NCBI GenBank assembly: GCA_965644265.1
Contig: OZ286466.1
Coordinates: 70,556,001 to 70,620,000 of the forward strand
Direction: 5' to 3'
DNA: 64,000 nucleotides
Source: Glycera tridactyla
Lineage: Eukaryota
Positions 38,701 through 45,802 of this stretch are shown here, one piece after another. The notes under the pieces were generated by a model, which ran no database searches, was not told the DNA's origin, and worked only from the letters and a program-made list of their open reading frames with translations. Each line of letters begins with the position of its first letter. Within the stretch, counting starts at the first letter, position 1. Position numbers and translations under genes: made by a program.

Positions 38701-41700
38701 AATCAGAAATTACCTCATCCATATCGATTTTTTATCGAACAGTTTCTCAAAAACATATATGAACAAATATATTACATTACCTATTGTAGTGCCACAGACA
38801 CGGTTCAGCACCCATTGGTCCACATTTGGGTGATTGGTTTGGATCTGGTCAGACCAGTTAGGATTGACATGCATGAAACATTTGCCATTAAAGTCAACGG
38901 CTAGGCAAGACATATCGTTCAGGCAGGCATATTGACATTCAAGAGCTGAAGATGCTGACGGAACAACAAGCCCACCAAATGCCAATTGATTCGGAAAATA
39001 TCCCCAATTGATGCTGCAGCCAGGTTCTGAAATTGAAGCGTACGTTATTGATAATGGACATTCCTTTGGTAATTGTCCCAAACTTTGTTGTTCAATTAAG
39101 AAGAAAAATATGAGCATTCACTTTAAATTTGCATGTATGACAATGAGTTAAGAACTTCAATCAGGTTCTAACCAACTTTGTTGTATAATTCAATAAAATA
39201 CTATAAGCATTTAGTTACTAAATTGGCATGTATGACATGAATTAAGAATTTCAATCAGGTTCTAACCAACTTTGCTGTATAATTCAGTAAACTAGTTTGA
39301 GCATTTAGTTACCAAATTTGCATGCATGACATGAGTTGTGAACTTCAACCAGATTCTTTCTCACTTTGTAGTATAATTGCATAAAACACTACAGGCATTC
39401 AGTTACTAAATTTGCATGTAAGACATGAGTTAGGAGCTTCAATCAGGTTCTAACCAACTTTGTCCAATCAGCAACAGAGTTGAGGTTTCAATAGATAGGT
39501 TTAGCTTCTGAAAGGTCAGATAGCTACTTTGAAGTTAGATAAGCAGCAATGTCGGATTAACATGCCATGACATAGCATCTAAATATTGATACTGAGAGGC
39601 AGTCCTGATGGCATTGTCTCCTAAACCTTATATGGGAGCAATTCACACAGTTATAGCTAGAAATATAATGGATTAGAACAAAGTATATTTAGCTTCAGTT
39701 TATCTAGTAGATTGAATGGATATATTACATCGAGATGTGTTATTCATAATTGCTAAAAGTACGAAATTGTCCATGCTCCGTAGACAAAGAAAAGAAAACA
39801 ATGTCCCCTTCTTGCTTTTCACTGAGATCACATTTCATGGCACCCTCCTGCAGCCAATTTGTTACACCTCGAACACACAAATGAACTGATATGCAACCCA
39901 ACAGCCAGACTGAAAATCTCCCATAAAGTAAGTGTCACAAGTAACTTGATGGGCAAACATATACAAACCGGTTTTTGGTCTTGGCTGGAAATAAAAGATG
40001 TTTTAGTTGTTCCCACAGACCCATGTAACCGTCCCCAAGAATTAGACCAAATGACAAAAAAGTCGGAATATCCATTTTGTTTGCAATTTCACATAGGCAT
40101 GATGCCAGAGACGATCACTTTCCTGCTCGCTCATAGTCACAGGCCATTGAGAGGAACTCTGAGATGATAGTGTGGGAAATTGTCCATAGTTTAACACTTT
40201 GTTGTGAAAAAAAACTGCTACGGAAATTTATACATGCTGGCATCCACAGCGGATTACATGAGACTAATCACATCATAAATATATTTCAGCTCTCAATCAG
40301 ATATCAAATGATGGCCAGTCTTTTACCAACCATATGTCAATATTCGAAATGGAGATAGCAGGTGAATTTAAATTCGATTTTGAACAAAAATATATATATT
40401 CAACTCAAGACGGGCAGGTCAACGCGAGTATTTTTTGCCATTAAGATTACAAATACAATACAACAGATTAACGACATCCAGCAAGAATTATAATATATTA
40501 CAATGGATTCAACTTTGCTAGATTCGTTTACATATGGTTGAATCAAAATTTCGTTGATTTCTTCATAGTTGTCGTTCAACAGTCCAAGTGAAGCATCCTG
40601 CATACAATACTTAAGAATTGATTTTGCTCCTCATCTTCGAGAAAGCGGAATTATCACCTGAGTTGCAACTTTTATGCCAGCGTTTGATTGATCATCTGGT
40701 ACTTTTATCATTATTAACTGAAAGGCTTACTTGAGGCATGATTAGGTGTACTTTGAAGGTCCGGATAGATATTGAGACTGAGATTGATGCTGCCAAAATA
40801 TTTGGATACTGGTGCATAAATTTTTCGTATCAGATCCCTCACACTGATATGAAATATATCTGCTTAAGAGTATAACATGTCTCATAGGTTGTAGGCTTTG
40901 TTTATTGCTCAATACATATTGACTTTGATGTTAGGAGAACTTGCCCCTTTAGATTCTCATTGTACACTAGGCAATGGCAAATTAATTGGTGTGTATTCTT
41001 TAGTTAGAAGTATAAAAAAGGCTTAAATTGATGGTTGCAGAAGATCCATGACAGTTTTTCATTAATACAGATGCCTGAACAAACTTGATAAACCCAACAT
41101 ACAATCACCTGAAAGGAGTCCAATCCAATCCAGCATTGAATGACATGTTTCCCGTAGACATTTCATGAATTAACACCAATCCCAGATTCCAGTGAACGGA
41201 CAGAACCCATTGACAAATTGTGTGCATTTGCAGCTATGCAATTCTGATCATTCACGGGCTGATGTATGTTCCTCGATTGTCTGATTTACTCATCACTGGA
41301 AAGTAATGGTAGTAGTGAATCCTCTCATAATTCTACTCACAGGTCTACATGTTTTCTTACTCGAAATATGTGATTAAGTGGTATCCATGCTGATTGAAAG
41401 GCTTAAATGTAAAATAAGGCTTAAGTTAATGGTTGCTAAAGATTCATAACAGTTTCTCATTAGTACAGATGCCTGAACAAACTTAACAAACAAGCATGAT
41501 TTGTGTTGATTTAAGATGAAAATACCCAAAAATAACTTTTTCAATTTTTCACTCAAATATTTGTCCATATTCGAATAATCCTGCCTAGATTGAAGATATG
41601 TTGAGCCCTACTCGATCAATCAATCTTTGATTAACACCACTATTTCCCCTGCGACAAATGCTATGAGTGATCCAGATACTATCAAAAGAGCCCATGGAGT

Positions 41701-42597
41701 AGAATTCATGATCAGAATAATCACATGAATGATGAGGCTGAATGAAAGCTAGAAAACTGAAAAGAATTTCAAATGTATGTTAATGAGTGCCTTTCCACTG
41801 TTGACCAACATCTTCCTCTGTACTTACTGGGTGTGGTTCCTGTAATTTTTGGCGTCGTGTTGCCTGAAATTTAGTTTGTTAAAAAGGTCATTTTGTCTGC
41901 ATGTGGTCCCTGCAATTTACTTTGTGGACAGGGTCGATTTTAATCCCATGATTAGCATGGATAATGTTAATTACAATCTGATGATTTGTAAGATCAAATC
42001 AGGTACAAAATTATCCAATATGATGCAATTCAACAAGTAACTCATCTATCAATCTTTGTACTACTTGTACTCCGCATGAGAATCATCTGCGAAGAAAAAT
42101 CAAATAAAGAATATTAATCATCATGGCATTGATTCAAGCTCATATTTCAAACAAGAGCGTGTCTTTTAGAGATACTTTTCACACATTACATTCAGTTTCA
42201 AGAGCTCAATTGATATACATGAAAATTAGAATATTGCATCACCTCGATCGTTCATTAGGCCATCAATTTTCTTCAACTATTCATCTCACGAATTTAATTG
42301 ATATTGGCAGATAAAAAGGGCATCCAATGATGAAACTGGACTTGAACCTACTTGTGCCTGTGCAATCTCGGTTTAGCAACCACTGATCGACATTGTCAGT
42401 ACTGGTTACTATAATCTGAGGCCAACCGGAACTGAAGTGAAGGAAGCACTGGGAAAGCTGATTGAAGTCTATGGCCTGACAGGACACATTTTGTACACAA
42501 GCAGCTTTGCACGCAGGTAGTGTTGTCATTGGTATATATAGCACAACTCCATAAGTGAGGCGCGCAGGAAGATTTTGCCAGCTGGAGCATCCACGTT
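406..42597 (-). CDS. Multi-exon gene (partial) encoding a giant tandem PAN/Apple-like domain protein; 49 domain exons, ~4,003 aa if all are spliced in; 5' start and 3' end not identified in the window
   Basis: 49 paralogous exons of 240/243/246/249 nt, each flanked by a pyrimidine-rich AG acceptor and a GT donor (mostly G|GTAA), all phase 1-1, all open. Six conserved Cys with C-x3-C-x5-C-x8-C core spacing, as in PAN/Apple domains. Many third-position differences with conserved protein sequence. Confidence 0.88.
890..1129 (-). CDS. Exon E48: PAN/Apple-like domain, class C
   Basis: AG/GT, 240 nt, open. Confidence 0.87.
1833..2040 (+). mobile_element. SINE-like/LINE-3'-end dispersed element, copy 1, with (AAAC)n tail
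   Basis: caggttccccatcatcttgtgtccagggtttgtgagagtg...catgccgttaaacctcaaacaaacaaac; homologous copies at 47.2, 55.4 and 59.4 kb. Confidence 0.7.
2417..2665 (-). CDS. Exon E47: PAN/Apple-like domain, class A
   Basis: AG/GT, 249 nt, translated manually and open. Confidence 0.87.
   Translation of the reverse strand, partial: RPLIVVSHGNLSLINLPSVESLFLVPLQSKNVKMLASTIDRVLPLISMENVTCMLILTGQTEFKLTILMLINGCRTEPVEPQ
3124..3363 (-). CDS. Exon E46: PAN/Apple-like domain, class B
   Basis: AG/GT, 240 nt, open. Confidence 0.87.
3626..3731 (-). pseudogene. 5'-truncated class C pseudo-exon (NGKCYMHVDPDWPDRIRTNHPEVDQWVLEKVCASEG)
   Basis: 3' half of the domain with an intact G|gtaat donor, joined directly to the intron downstream of E45; 106 nt, not a multiple of 3; no polypyrimidine tract. 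Confidence 0.75.
3807..4046 (-). CDS. Exon E45: PAN/Apple-like domain, class C
   Basis: AG/GT, 240 nt, ...EKNCADG. Confidence 0.87.
4733..4849. repeat. 60-bp tandem duplication
   Basis: ttccagcgtggttacacaatt...gcctatatcctacatt present twice. Confidence 0.8.
5356..5604 (-). CDS. Exon E44: PAN/Apple-like domain, class A
   Basis: AG/GT, 249 nt, open. Confidence 0.87.
   Translation of the reverse strand, partial: QLPIVASHGNPSPINLPSVELLFLVPLQSKNAKMHASTIDRVLPLISMESVTCMLILTGQTEFKLIIRMWINGYRTEPAEPQ
5712..5928. mobile_element. MITE with 28-bp terminal inverted repeats and a TA target-site duplication
   Basis: TA|GGCCTATTCGACTGGTCGGTTTCGTTGA ... TCAACAAAACCGACCAGTCGAATAGGCC|TA, 1 mismatch. Confidence 0.85.
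6200..6376 (-). mobile_element. tRNA-derived SINE (tRNA-Gly-like head)
   Basis: Minus strand GCCTTGGTGGCTCAGTGGTAG (A box) ... CCGGGGTTCAATCCCCGG (B box/T-arm) followed by an unrelated tail; acceptor stem does not pair. Confidence 0.75.
6518..6763 (-). CDS. Exon E43: PAN/Apple-like domain, class D-like (AAGCTVSWESFPEQ...)
   Basis: AG/GT, 246 nt, translated manually and open. Confidence 0.86.
6955..7203 (-). CDS. Exon E42: PAN/Apple-like domain, class A
   Basis: AG/GT, 249 nt, open. Confidence 0.87.
7587..7826 (-). CDS. Exon E41: PAN/Apple-like domain, class B
   Basis: AG/GT, 240 nt, translated manually and open. Confidence 0.87.
8144..8343 (-). pseudogene. Decayed class C pseudo-exon
   Basis: Remnants ASPPVVKECQNI and YIHLDSN*QNNIR..HPN..QFVLD align to the class C exon; contains a stop and deletions; lies at the expected C position next to E41. 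Confidence 0.62.
8690..8938 (-). CDS. Exon E40: PAN/Apple-like domain, class A
   Basis: AG/GT, 249 nt, open. Confidence 0.87.
9308..9547 (-). CDS. Exon E39: PAN/Apple-like domain, class B
   Basis: AG/GT, 240 nt, open. Confidence 0.87.
9693..10082. mobile_element. Probable MITE with 13-bp terminal inverted repeats
   Basis: AGGGGCACGTTTT ... AAAACGTGCCCCT; internal palindromes at 9950-9965 and 10000-10022; no clean TSD. Confidence 0.55.
10251..10499 (-). CDS. Exon E38: PAN/Apple-like domain, class A
   Basis: AG/GT, 249 nt, open. Confidence 0.87.
10913..11152 (-). CDS. Exon E37: PAN/Apple-like domain, class B
   Basis: AG/GT, 240 nt, open. Confidence 0.87.
11515..11723 (-). pseudogene. Decayed class C pseudo-exon
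   Basis: ttcag|CG GGA TGT start; remnants VEECQIVCFTDQPCL and YMHMDSY*P; frameshifts and stops; donor changed from GT to GC. Confidence 0.65.
12037..12337. repeat. 98-bp tandem repeat x3 that duplicates the E36 donor site
   Basis: ttac|ctgcagtagtgcca recurs at 12128, 12226 and 12324. Confidence 0.9.
12324..12572 (-). CDS. Exon E36: PAN/Apple-like domain, class A (triplicated donor)
   Basis: AG/GT, 249 nt, open. Confidence 0.84.
12895..13125 (-). pseudogene. Class C pseudo-exon with an open frame but lost splice sites and three lost Cys
   Basis: GDTISWHFFSSQQSFGVRAMPTVEECRNVGLNNHSCLAIDFNGEHHIHVD...; acceptor AG changed to CG, donor lost, 9-nt deletion. Confidence 0.75.
13372..13617 (-). CDS. 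Exon E35: PAN/Apple-like domain, class D
   Basis: AG/GT, 246 nt, translated manually and open. Confidence 0.87.
14169..14417 (-). CDS. Exon E34: PAN/Apple-like domain, class A
   Basis: AG/GT, 249 nt, open. Confidence 0.87.
14646..14729. repeat. (AG)n microsatellite
   Basis: Direct reading. Confidence 0.95.
14958..15197 (-). CDS. Exon E33: PAN/Apple-like domain, class B
   Basis: AG/GT, 240 nt, translated manually and open. Confidence 0.87.
15639..15878 (-). CDS. Exon E32: PAN/Apple-like domain, class C
   Basis: AG/GT, 240 nt, open. Confidence 0.87.
16189..16434 (-). CDS. Exon E31: PAN/Apple-like domain, class D
   Basis: AG/GT, 246 nt, open. Confidence 0.87.
17010..17258 (-). CDS. Exon E30: PAN/Apple-like domain, class A
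   Basis: AG/GT, 249 nt, open. Confidence 0.87.
17582..17821 (-). CDS. Exon E29: PAN/Apple-like domain, class B
   Basis: AG/GT, 240 nt, open. Confidence 0.87.
18269..18508 (-). CDS. Exon E28: PAN/Apple-like domain, class C
   Basis: AG/GT, 240 nt, open. Confidence 0.87.
18879..19124 (-). CDS. Exon E27: PAN/Apple-like domain, class D
   Basis: AG/GT, 246 nt, open. Confidence 0.87.
19702..19950 (-). CDS. Exon E26: PAN/Apple-like domain, class A
   Basis: AG/GT, 249 nt, open. Confidence 0.87.
20270..20509 (-). CDS. Exon E25: PAN/Apple-like domain, class B
   Basis: AG/GT, 240 nt, open. Confidence 0.87.
20879..21118 (-). CDS. Exon E24: PAN/Apple-like domain, class C
   Basis: AG/GT, 240 nt, open. 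Confidence 0.87.
21495..21740 (-). CDS. Exon E23: PAN/Apple-like domain, class D
   Basis: AG/GT, 246 nt, open. Confidence 0.87.
22320..22568 (-). CDS. Exon E22: PAN/Apple-like domain, class A
   Basis: AG/GT, 249 nt, open. Confidence 0.87.
22889..23128 (-). CDS. Exon E21: PAN/Apple-like domain, class B
   Basis: AG/GT, 240 nt, open. Confidence 0.87.
23549..23788 (-). CDS. Exon E20: PAN/Apple-like domain, class C
   Basis: AG/GT, 240 nt, open. Confidence 0.87.
24060..24180 (-). pseudogene. Deletion scar of a class D exon (orphan donor plus exon termini)
   Basis: Intron homologous to 18740-18878 ends in aattac|ctatt at 24152, followed within ~15 nt by catgaaatgg (D-exon ISW codons); the exon body is absent. 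Confidence 0.55.
24603..24851 (-). CDS. Exon E19: PAN/Apple-like domain, class A
   Basis: AG/GT, 249 nt, open. Confidence 0.87.
25274..25513 (-). CDS. Exon E18: PAN/Apple-like domain, class B
   Basis: AG/GT, 240 nt, translated manually and open. Confidence 0.87.
25951..26193 (-). CDS. Exon E17: PAN/Apple-like domain, class C (one extra codon, ...NCPSQG)
   Basis: AG/GT, 243 nt, open. Confidence 0.87.
26628..26876 (-). CDS. Exon E16: PAN/Apple-like domain, class A (6x block)
   Basis: AG/GT, 249 nt, open. Confidence 0.87.
27711..27959 (-). CDS. Exon E15: PAN/Apple-like domain, class A (6x block)
   Basis: AG/GT, 249 nt, open. Confidence 0.87.
28798..29046 (-). CDS. Exon E14: PAN/Apple-like domain, class A (6x block)
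   Basis: AG/GT, 249 nt, open. Confidence 0.87.
29885..30133 (-). CDS. Exon E13: PAN/Apple-like domain, class A (6x block)
   Basis: AG/GT, 249 nt, open. Confidence 0.87.
30966..31214 (-). CDS. Exon E12: PAN/Apple-like domain, class A (6x block)
   Basis: AG/GT, 249 nt, open. Confidence 0.87.
32056..32304 (-). CDS. Exon E11: PAN/Apple-like domain, class A (6x block)
   Basis: AG/GT, 249 nt, open. Confidence 0.87.
33000..33251. repeat. 63-bp minisatellite x4 just downstream of the E10 donor
   Basis: aatactgcccctgtcttatatgcc recurs at 33001, 33064, 33127 and 33190. Confidence 0.9.
33277..33525 (-). CDS. Exon E10: PAN/Apple-like domain, class A
   Basis: tttag acceptor, G|gtaaat donor, 249 nt. 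Confidence 0.87.
33961..34200 (-). CDS. Exon E9: PAN/Apple-like domain, class B
   Basis: ttccag acceptor, G|gtaaac donor, 240 nt, translated manually and open. Confidence 0.87.
34624..34863 (-). CDS. Exon E8: PAN/Apple-like domain, class C
   Basis: AG/GT, 240 nt, AGGCTITW...NRNCPSG. Confidence 0.87.
35224..35469 (-). CDS. Exon E7: PAN/Apple-like domain, class D (triplicated acceptor)
   Basis: cattgcag|CT acceptor, G|gtaat donor, 246 nt. Confidence 0.82.
35445..35663. repeat. 74-bp tandem repeat x3 that duplicates the E7 acceptor site
   Basis: cccatgaaatgctacaaccagcag|ctgcaatgg recurs at 35446, 35520 and 35594. Confidence 0.9.
36005..36253 (-). CDS. Exon E6: PAN/Apple-like domain, class A
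   Basis: AG/GT, 249 nt, phase 1-1, open. Confidence 0.87.
36926..37174 (-). CDS. Exon E5: PAN/Apple-like domain, class A
   Basis: AG/GT, 249 nt, phase 1-1, open. Confidence 0.87.
37463..37711 (-). CDS. Exon E4: PAN/Apple-like domain, class A
   Basis: ttcag acceptor, G|gtacat donor, 249 nt, open. Confidence 0.85.
38100..38348 (-). CDS. Exon E3: PAN/Apple-like domain, class A
   Basis: ttcag acceptor, G|gtacat donor, 249 nt, translated manually and open. Confidence 0.85.
38781..39026 (-). CDS. Exon E2: PAN/Apple-like domain (EPGCSINWGYFP...)
   Basis: tttcag acceptor, G|gtaat donor, 246 nt, open. Confidence 0.85.
39125..39462. repeat. ~94-bp degenerate minisatellite, ~3.6 copies
   Basis: aaatt(t/g)gcatg(t/c)a recurs at 39125, 39220, 39314 and 39408. 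Confidence 0.8.
42352..42597 (-). CDS. Exon E1: divergent PAN/Apple-like domain (ERGCSSWQNLPARLTYGVV...QWLLNRDCTGT)
   Basis: ttttgcag|AA acceptor, A|gtaggt donor, 246 nt, six Cys kept. Confidence 0.72.
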
Positions 42598-44478
42598 CTG
42601 CAAAATTCCACCACATGTTCATCACTCGAAACACCCCTTATTGCTTTATCGTAATGCACCCAATAGCTCCATGGATGATCTCAGCGATTGATTTCATAAA
42701 AAACACATGTTGGTCTCTTTTTAACTGACATATGTGCGAAGACCAGGCTAGGACAGATAATCATTATTATGGCAAATTTCAATGACATCATATATTTAGG
42801 AGCCTAACCCCCCCCCCCCCCCCGGTCACAAAAGAGCCCTAAGAAACTTCCAGGCAGAATTCTGCTTGCCGAAGTGACTTAATTTGTTTCGAGAACTCCA
42901 ACACCCTACTCTCCAAGTGAAAAGGGACTTTCAGTGGACACTATTTTTTTTCCAGGTGTTTGCTTTGTGTTTTTTTGAGGTTTTGAGATGGATCCCGCGG
43001 GCGGGATCTGCTGGTGATGCTTTGGAGACCCAAACTTACTCGACCTATTTCAGACTTTTAGACTTTTCAGATATTGCCCCGAATTCACTTTTCCGATAAG
43101 TATGCAATTAGCAGTATTTGAGTATTCATCATAAATCTCTGGTGATACAGTAATCCATTTAATGGGGATATAGGTATGTGTCTGTATGTTTGTGTTTGTA
43201 TGCGTGTGTGTGATGCACATCGTAATCAGACATGAATAGAATTGCCATTCTCATCATACTTGTTGTTTCTATCAAATTAGTTTATTACTCAGAAAGCAAA
43301 ACCTCCCTTCTGATTTAAAAAAAACTAATTACTCGATATGATCCTCAGAATAATATAGTGAATACATTGTTCCCAGTACATATATACATATTGGATATGA
43401 ATTCAAGAAATTGAATAAATTCAAAATAATGTAGGATTATACTCAGGTATAAATATTTTATATACACTTTTCCAATATATATGCCCAAAGATGTAGACGA
43501 AACACGCCTGTCCCTGTACTCACGTACCTAATGTAGTTGGAATTTTTACTGAAATAAAATCAACAGATTTATATCAATATTTCATGATTTGACAGATTTT
43601 GTTCAGATGAAATGTAAGGTATGTACACTCAATTTGAATTATGATTGACATTAAAATATTTCTAAGCTATCAACTATATCAGCTTTGAGTGGCAAATGTT
43701 GCTGATTAAGTAATTTATGTCATTGCCCTCATGGCCCTGGCTACTTCATCTAGTCACATACTATCGAACTAGCATTAACTGAGACAGGTGATTTTTGAAT
43801 TATCAGGTACTTTTATAATCCAGCTAACGGTGATACATGGCAGCTTAAGGCAGAGGTTTATCAGTTATGCTCAAATTAGGTTCCACTGAATGTCAATGTA
43901 CCGGTCAACAGTCTTGTATAATTGATAAGTTTGCCCAATTTTGCATTCAAATTTGTTTGGCAGGCCTGTTCATAGTCGAGCCTTTCCAAACATCCTGAGT
44001 CTACTACGCACTCCACAATTATGCTGACTACCTATAGTCAAGTACCTATTCACACCTAGGTGAAGTAAAGTGGTAGAGTATAGTGATCTTACTCAGTTAT
44101 CTCCACAAGTAGGAGCTTCCTGATTCACCCCATGTAATGGACCTTGCAACCTGTGACGAGAGATCATCCCAGATATGGTCGTATAGTTGGCCCCTGAGGA
44201 AGGTGGTCCTTGATCAGGGACCTGACAGGCCTGTTCAACCTCAACGAGCCTGCATTGCCAGAATTGAAGATCAAAACAATTTGTTTTACAGGCAGGTGAG
44301 GCATCCAGCAAAAGCTACAATTGCCAAGAAGTATTCAAAATAAAACCATGCTTTTCAACCTCTGATTTTTTCAATATTTCTAATTTGAGGTCTGCATACA
44401 ACCTGTCTCCCCTTTTCCCTACCAGTTTCTGCCTGCTTGTCTCTCTTCCTTTCCCCTTTCTTTATATATCTAGTCCTT

Positions 44479-44646
44479 NNNNNNNNNNNNNNNNNNNNNN
44501 NNNNNNNNNNNNNNNNNNNNNNNNNNNNNNNNNNNNNNNNNNNNNNNNNNNNNNNNNNNNNNNNNNNNNNNNNNNNNNNNNNNNNNNNNNNNNNNNNNNN
44601 NNNNNNNNNNNNNNNNNNNNNNNNNNNNNNNNNNNNNNNNNNNNNN
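44479..44646. other. Assembly gap (N)
   Basis: N run. Confidence 1.
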
Positions 44647-45802
44647 TCTGTTTGTCAGCCTATTGTTCTATCAGTCTTCCGGTATCATCACAAATCAAAA
44701 TTGATCATCTACATTTGATAATTTCTGCATCGCACTTGCAATGAATTCACATGTAAGAAAAAGATCGAATGACATCATCTGTATCCCATTTATTTCTCAT
44801 GTAAAGCGATGTAAAAGCCCAACCATGGATAGATATGAATAGAAATCTTGCCACTGAGAAGAATACATTCGAAGATAGTTGAGTCACCCTTCGATATATG
44901 ATTGAATGAATTCAAGAGTCTCATTTAGGAATTACCTTGAGTGTTTGGGAATCTCATAAATTCTCACCTGTCAGAGACCCTGAAGCAGGAGTCTTGAATA
45001 ACATGACCACTGCAAGGGTGTCTCAATATAATTAACTGGAAATAATACACCCAAAGACTAGGATGTTATTCAGTTACATAATTTCAAGCAGCTGTTTGTA
45101 TTATTTCATATCAGGAGGAAGGGTATTGAGCCGTCCCGCCCATGCCCAATGCATTGTATTCTGATATAGCTACAACTGTGAGGGGAGAGCGAACAACTAG
45201 TTGACCGATCGAATGGCTATGATCTATGATGCAGAAAACCCTAGTATAGCTAAAGAGGAGTATGCTTCTTCAATGATGGAAAGGCTTCATTATAGACAAC
45301 TCTCTGATCTGTTGCTTAGTTGAATCTTTCTTGTATGTTTGTAGAGATCTTTTTACCCTACAGACTGAACCATTCGAATGGGATATTGTTAATCGCATAA
45401 AATCTTGCGATGGATACATGTGACATCTTCAGTGAAGATAAGGTAGGAGGTGGTTTGGCCATTTGGTTGGTGTTTCAACTAGTTGATAAAGGCATCTTGA
45501 TTATATCATAGGATTATATCATAGGATATCATAGGATACAGTATTACCTGACCTATGCCAAAATCAGGGATGGCAGTGAAGTTTGATTCAGTGAAGAAGT
45601 TCATCACCGTGCCCAGGCAAAGTATCACTGCAGAGTGAAGATACTGTGCTTTTATGAAATACCCTTTGATAACTCCAACCAAACAGGAAAGAGAGAATGT
45701 AGAAAGAAAGACATGGAAGGAATAGGAGGGGTGGGTTGGCAGTGGTGGCAGGAGATGCCCCGGTATGGATGATGGTTGTAGTTGCGATTTTGTGGTAGCA
45801 GT

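Noticed and set aside
41150-41300. Possible pseudo-exon (CAATGGGTTCTG = QWVL motif)
   Set aside because: The match is limited to ~12 nt plus vague upstream similarity, which is within chance.
406-42597. WSC, C-type lectin or kringle identity for the module
   Set aside because: Six Cys with CxxxC-x5-C-x8-C and ~80 aa fits PAN/Apple. The eight-Cys WSC pattern, the WIGL/EPN lectin motifs and the kringle NYCRNPD motif are absent.
341-42634. Treating each minus-strand ORF as a separate small gene or operon
   Set aside because: ORF starts and stops fall at inconsistent positions in unrelated flanks, while conservation begins and ends exactly at AG and GT in a constant phase. They are exons.
44040-44310. 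LINE-like remnant
   Set aside because: The composition is suggestive, but no RT or endonuclease motif could be read.
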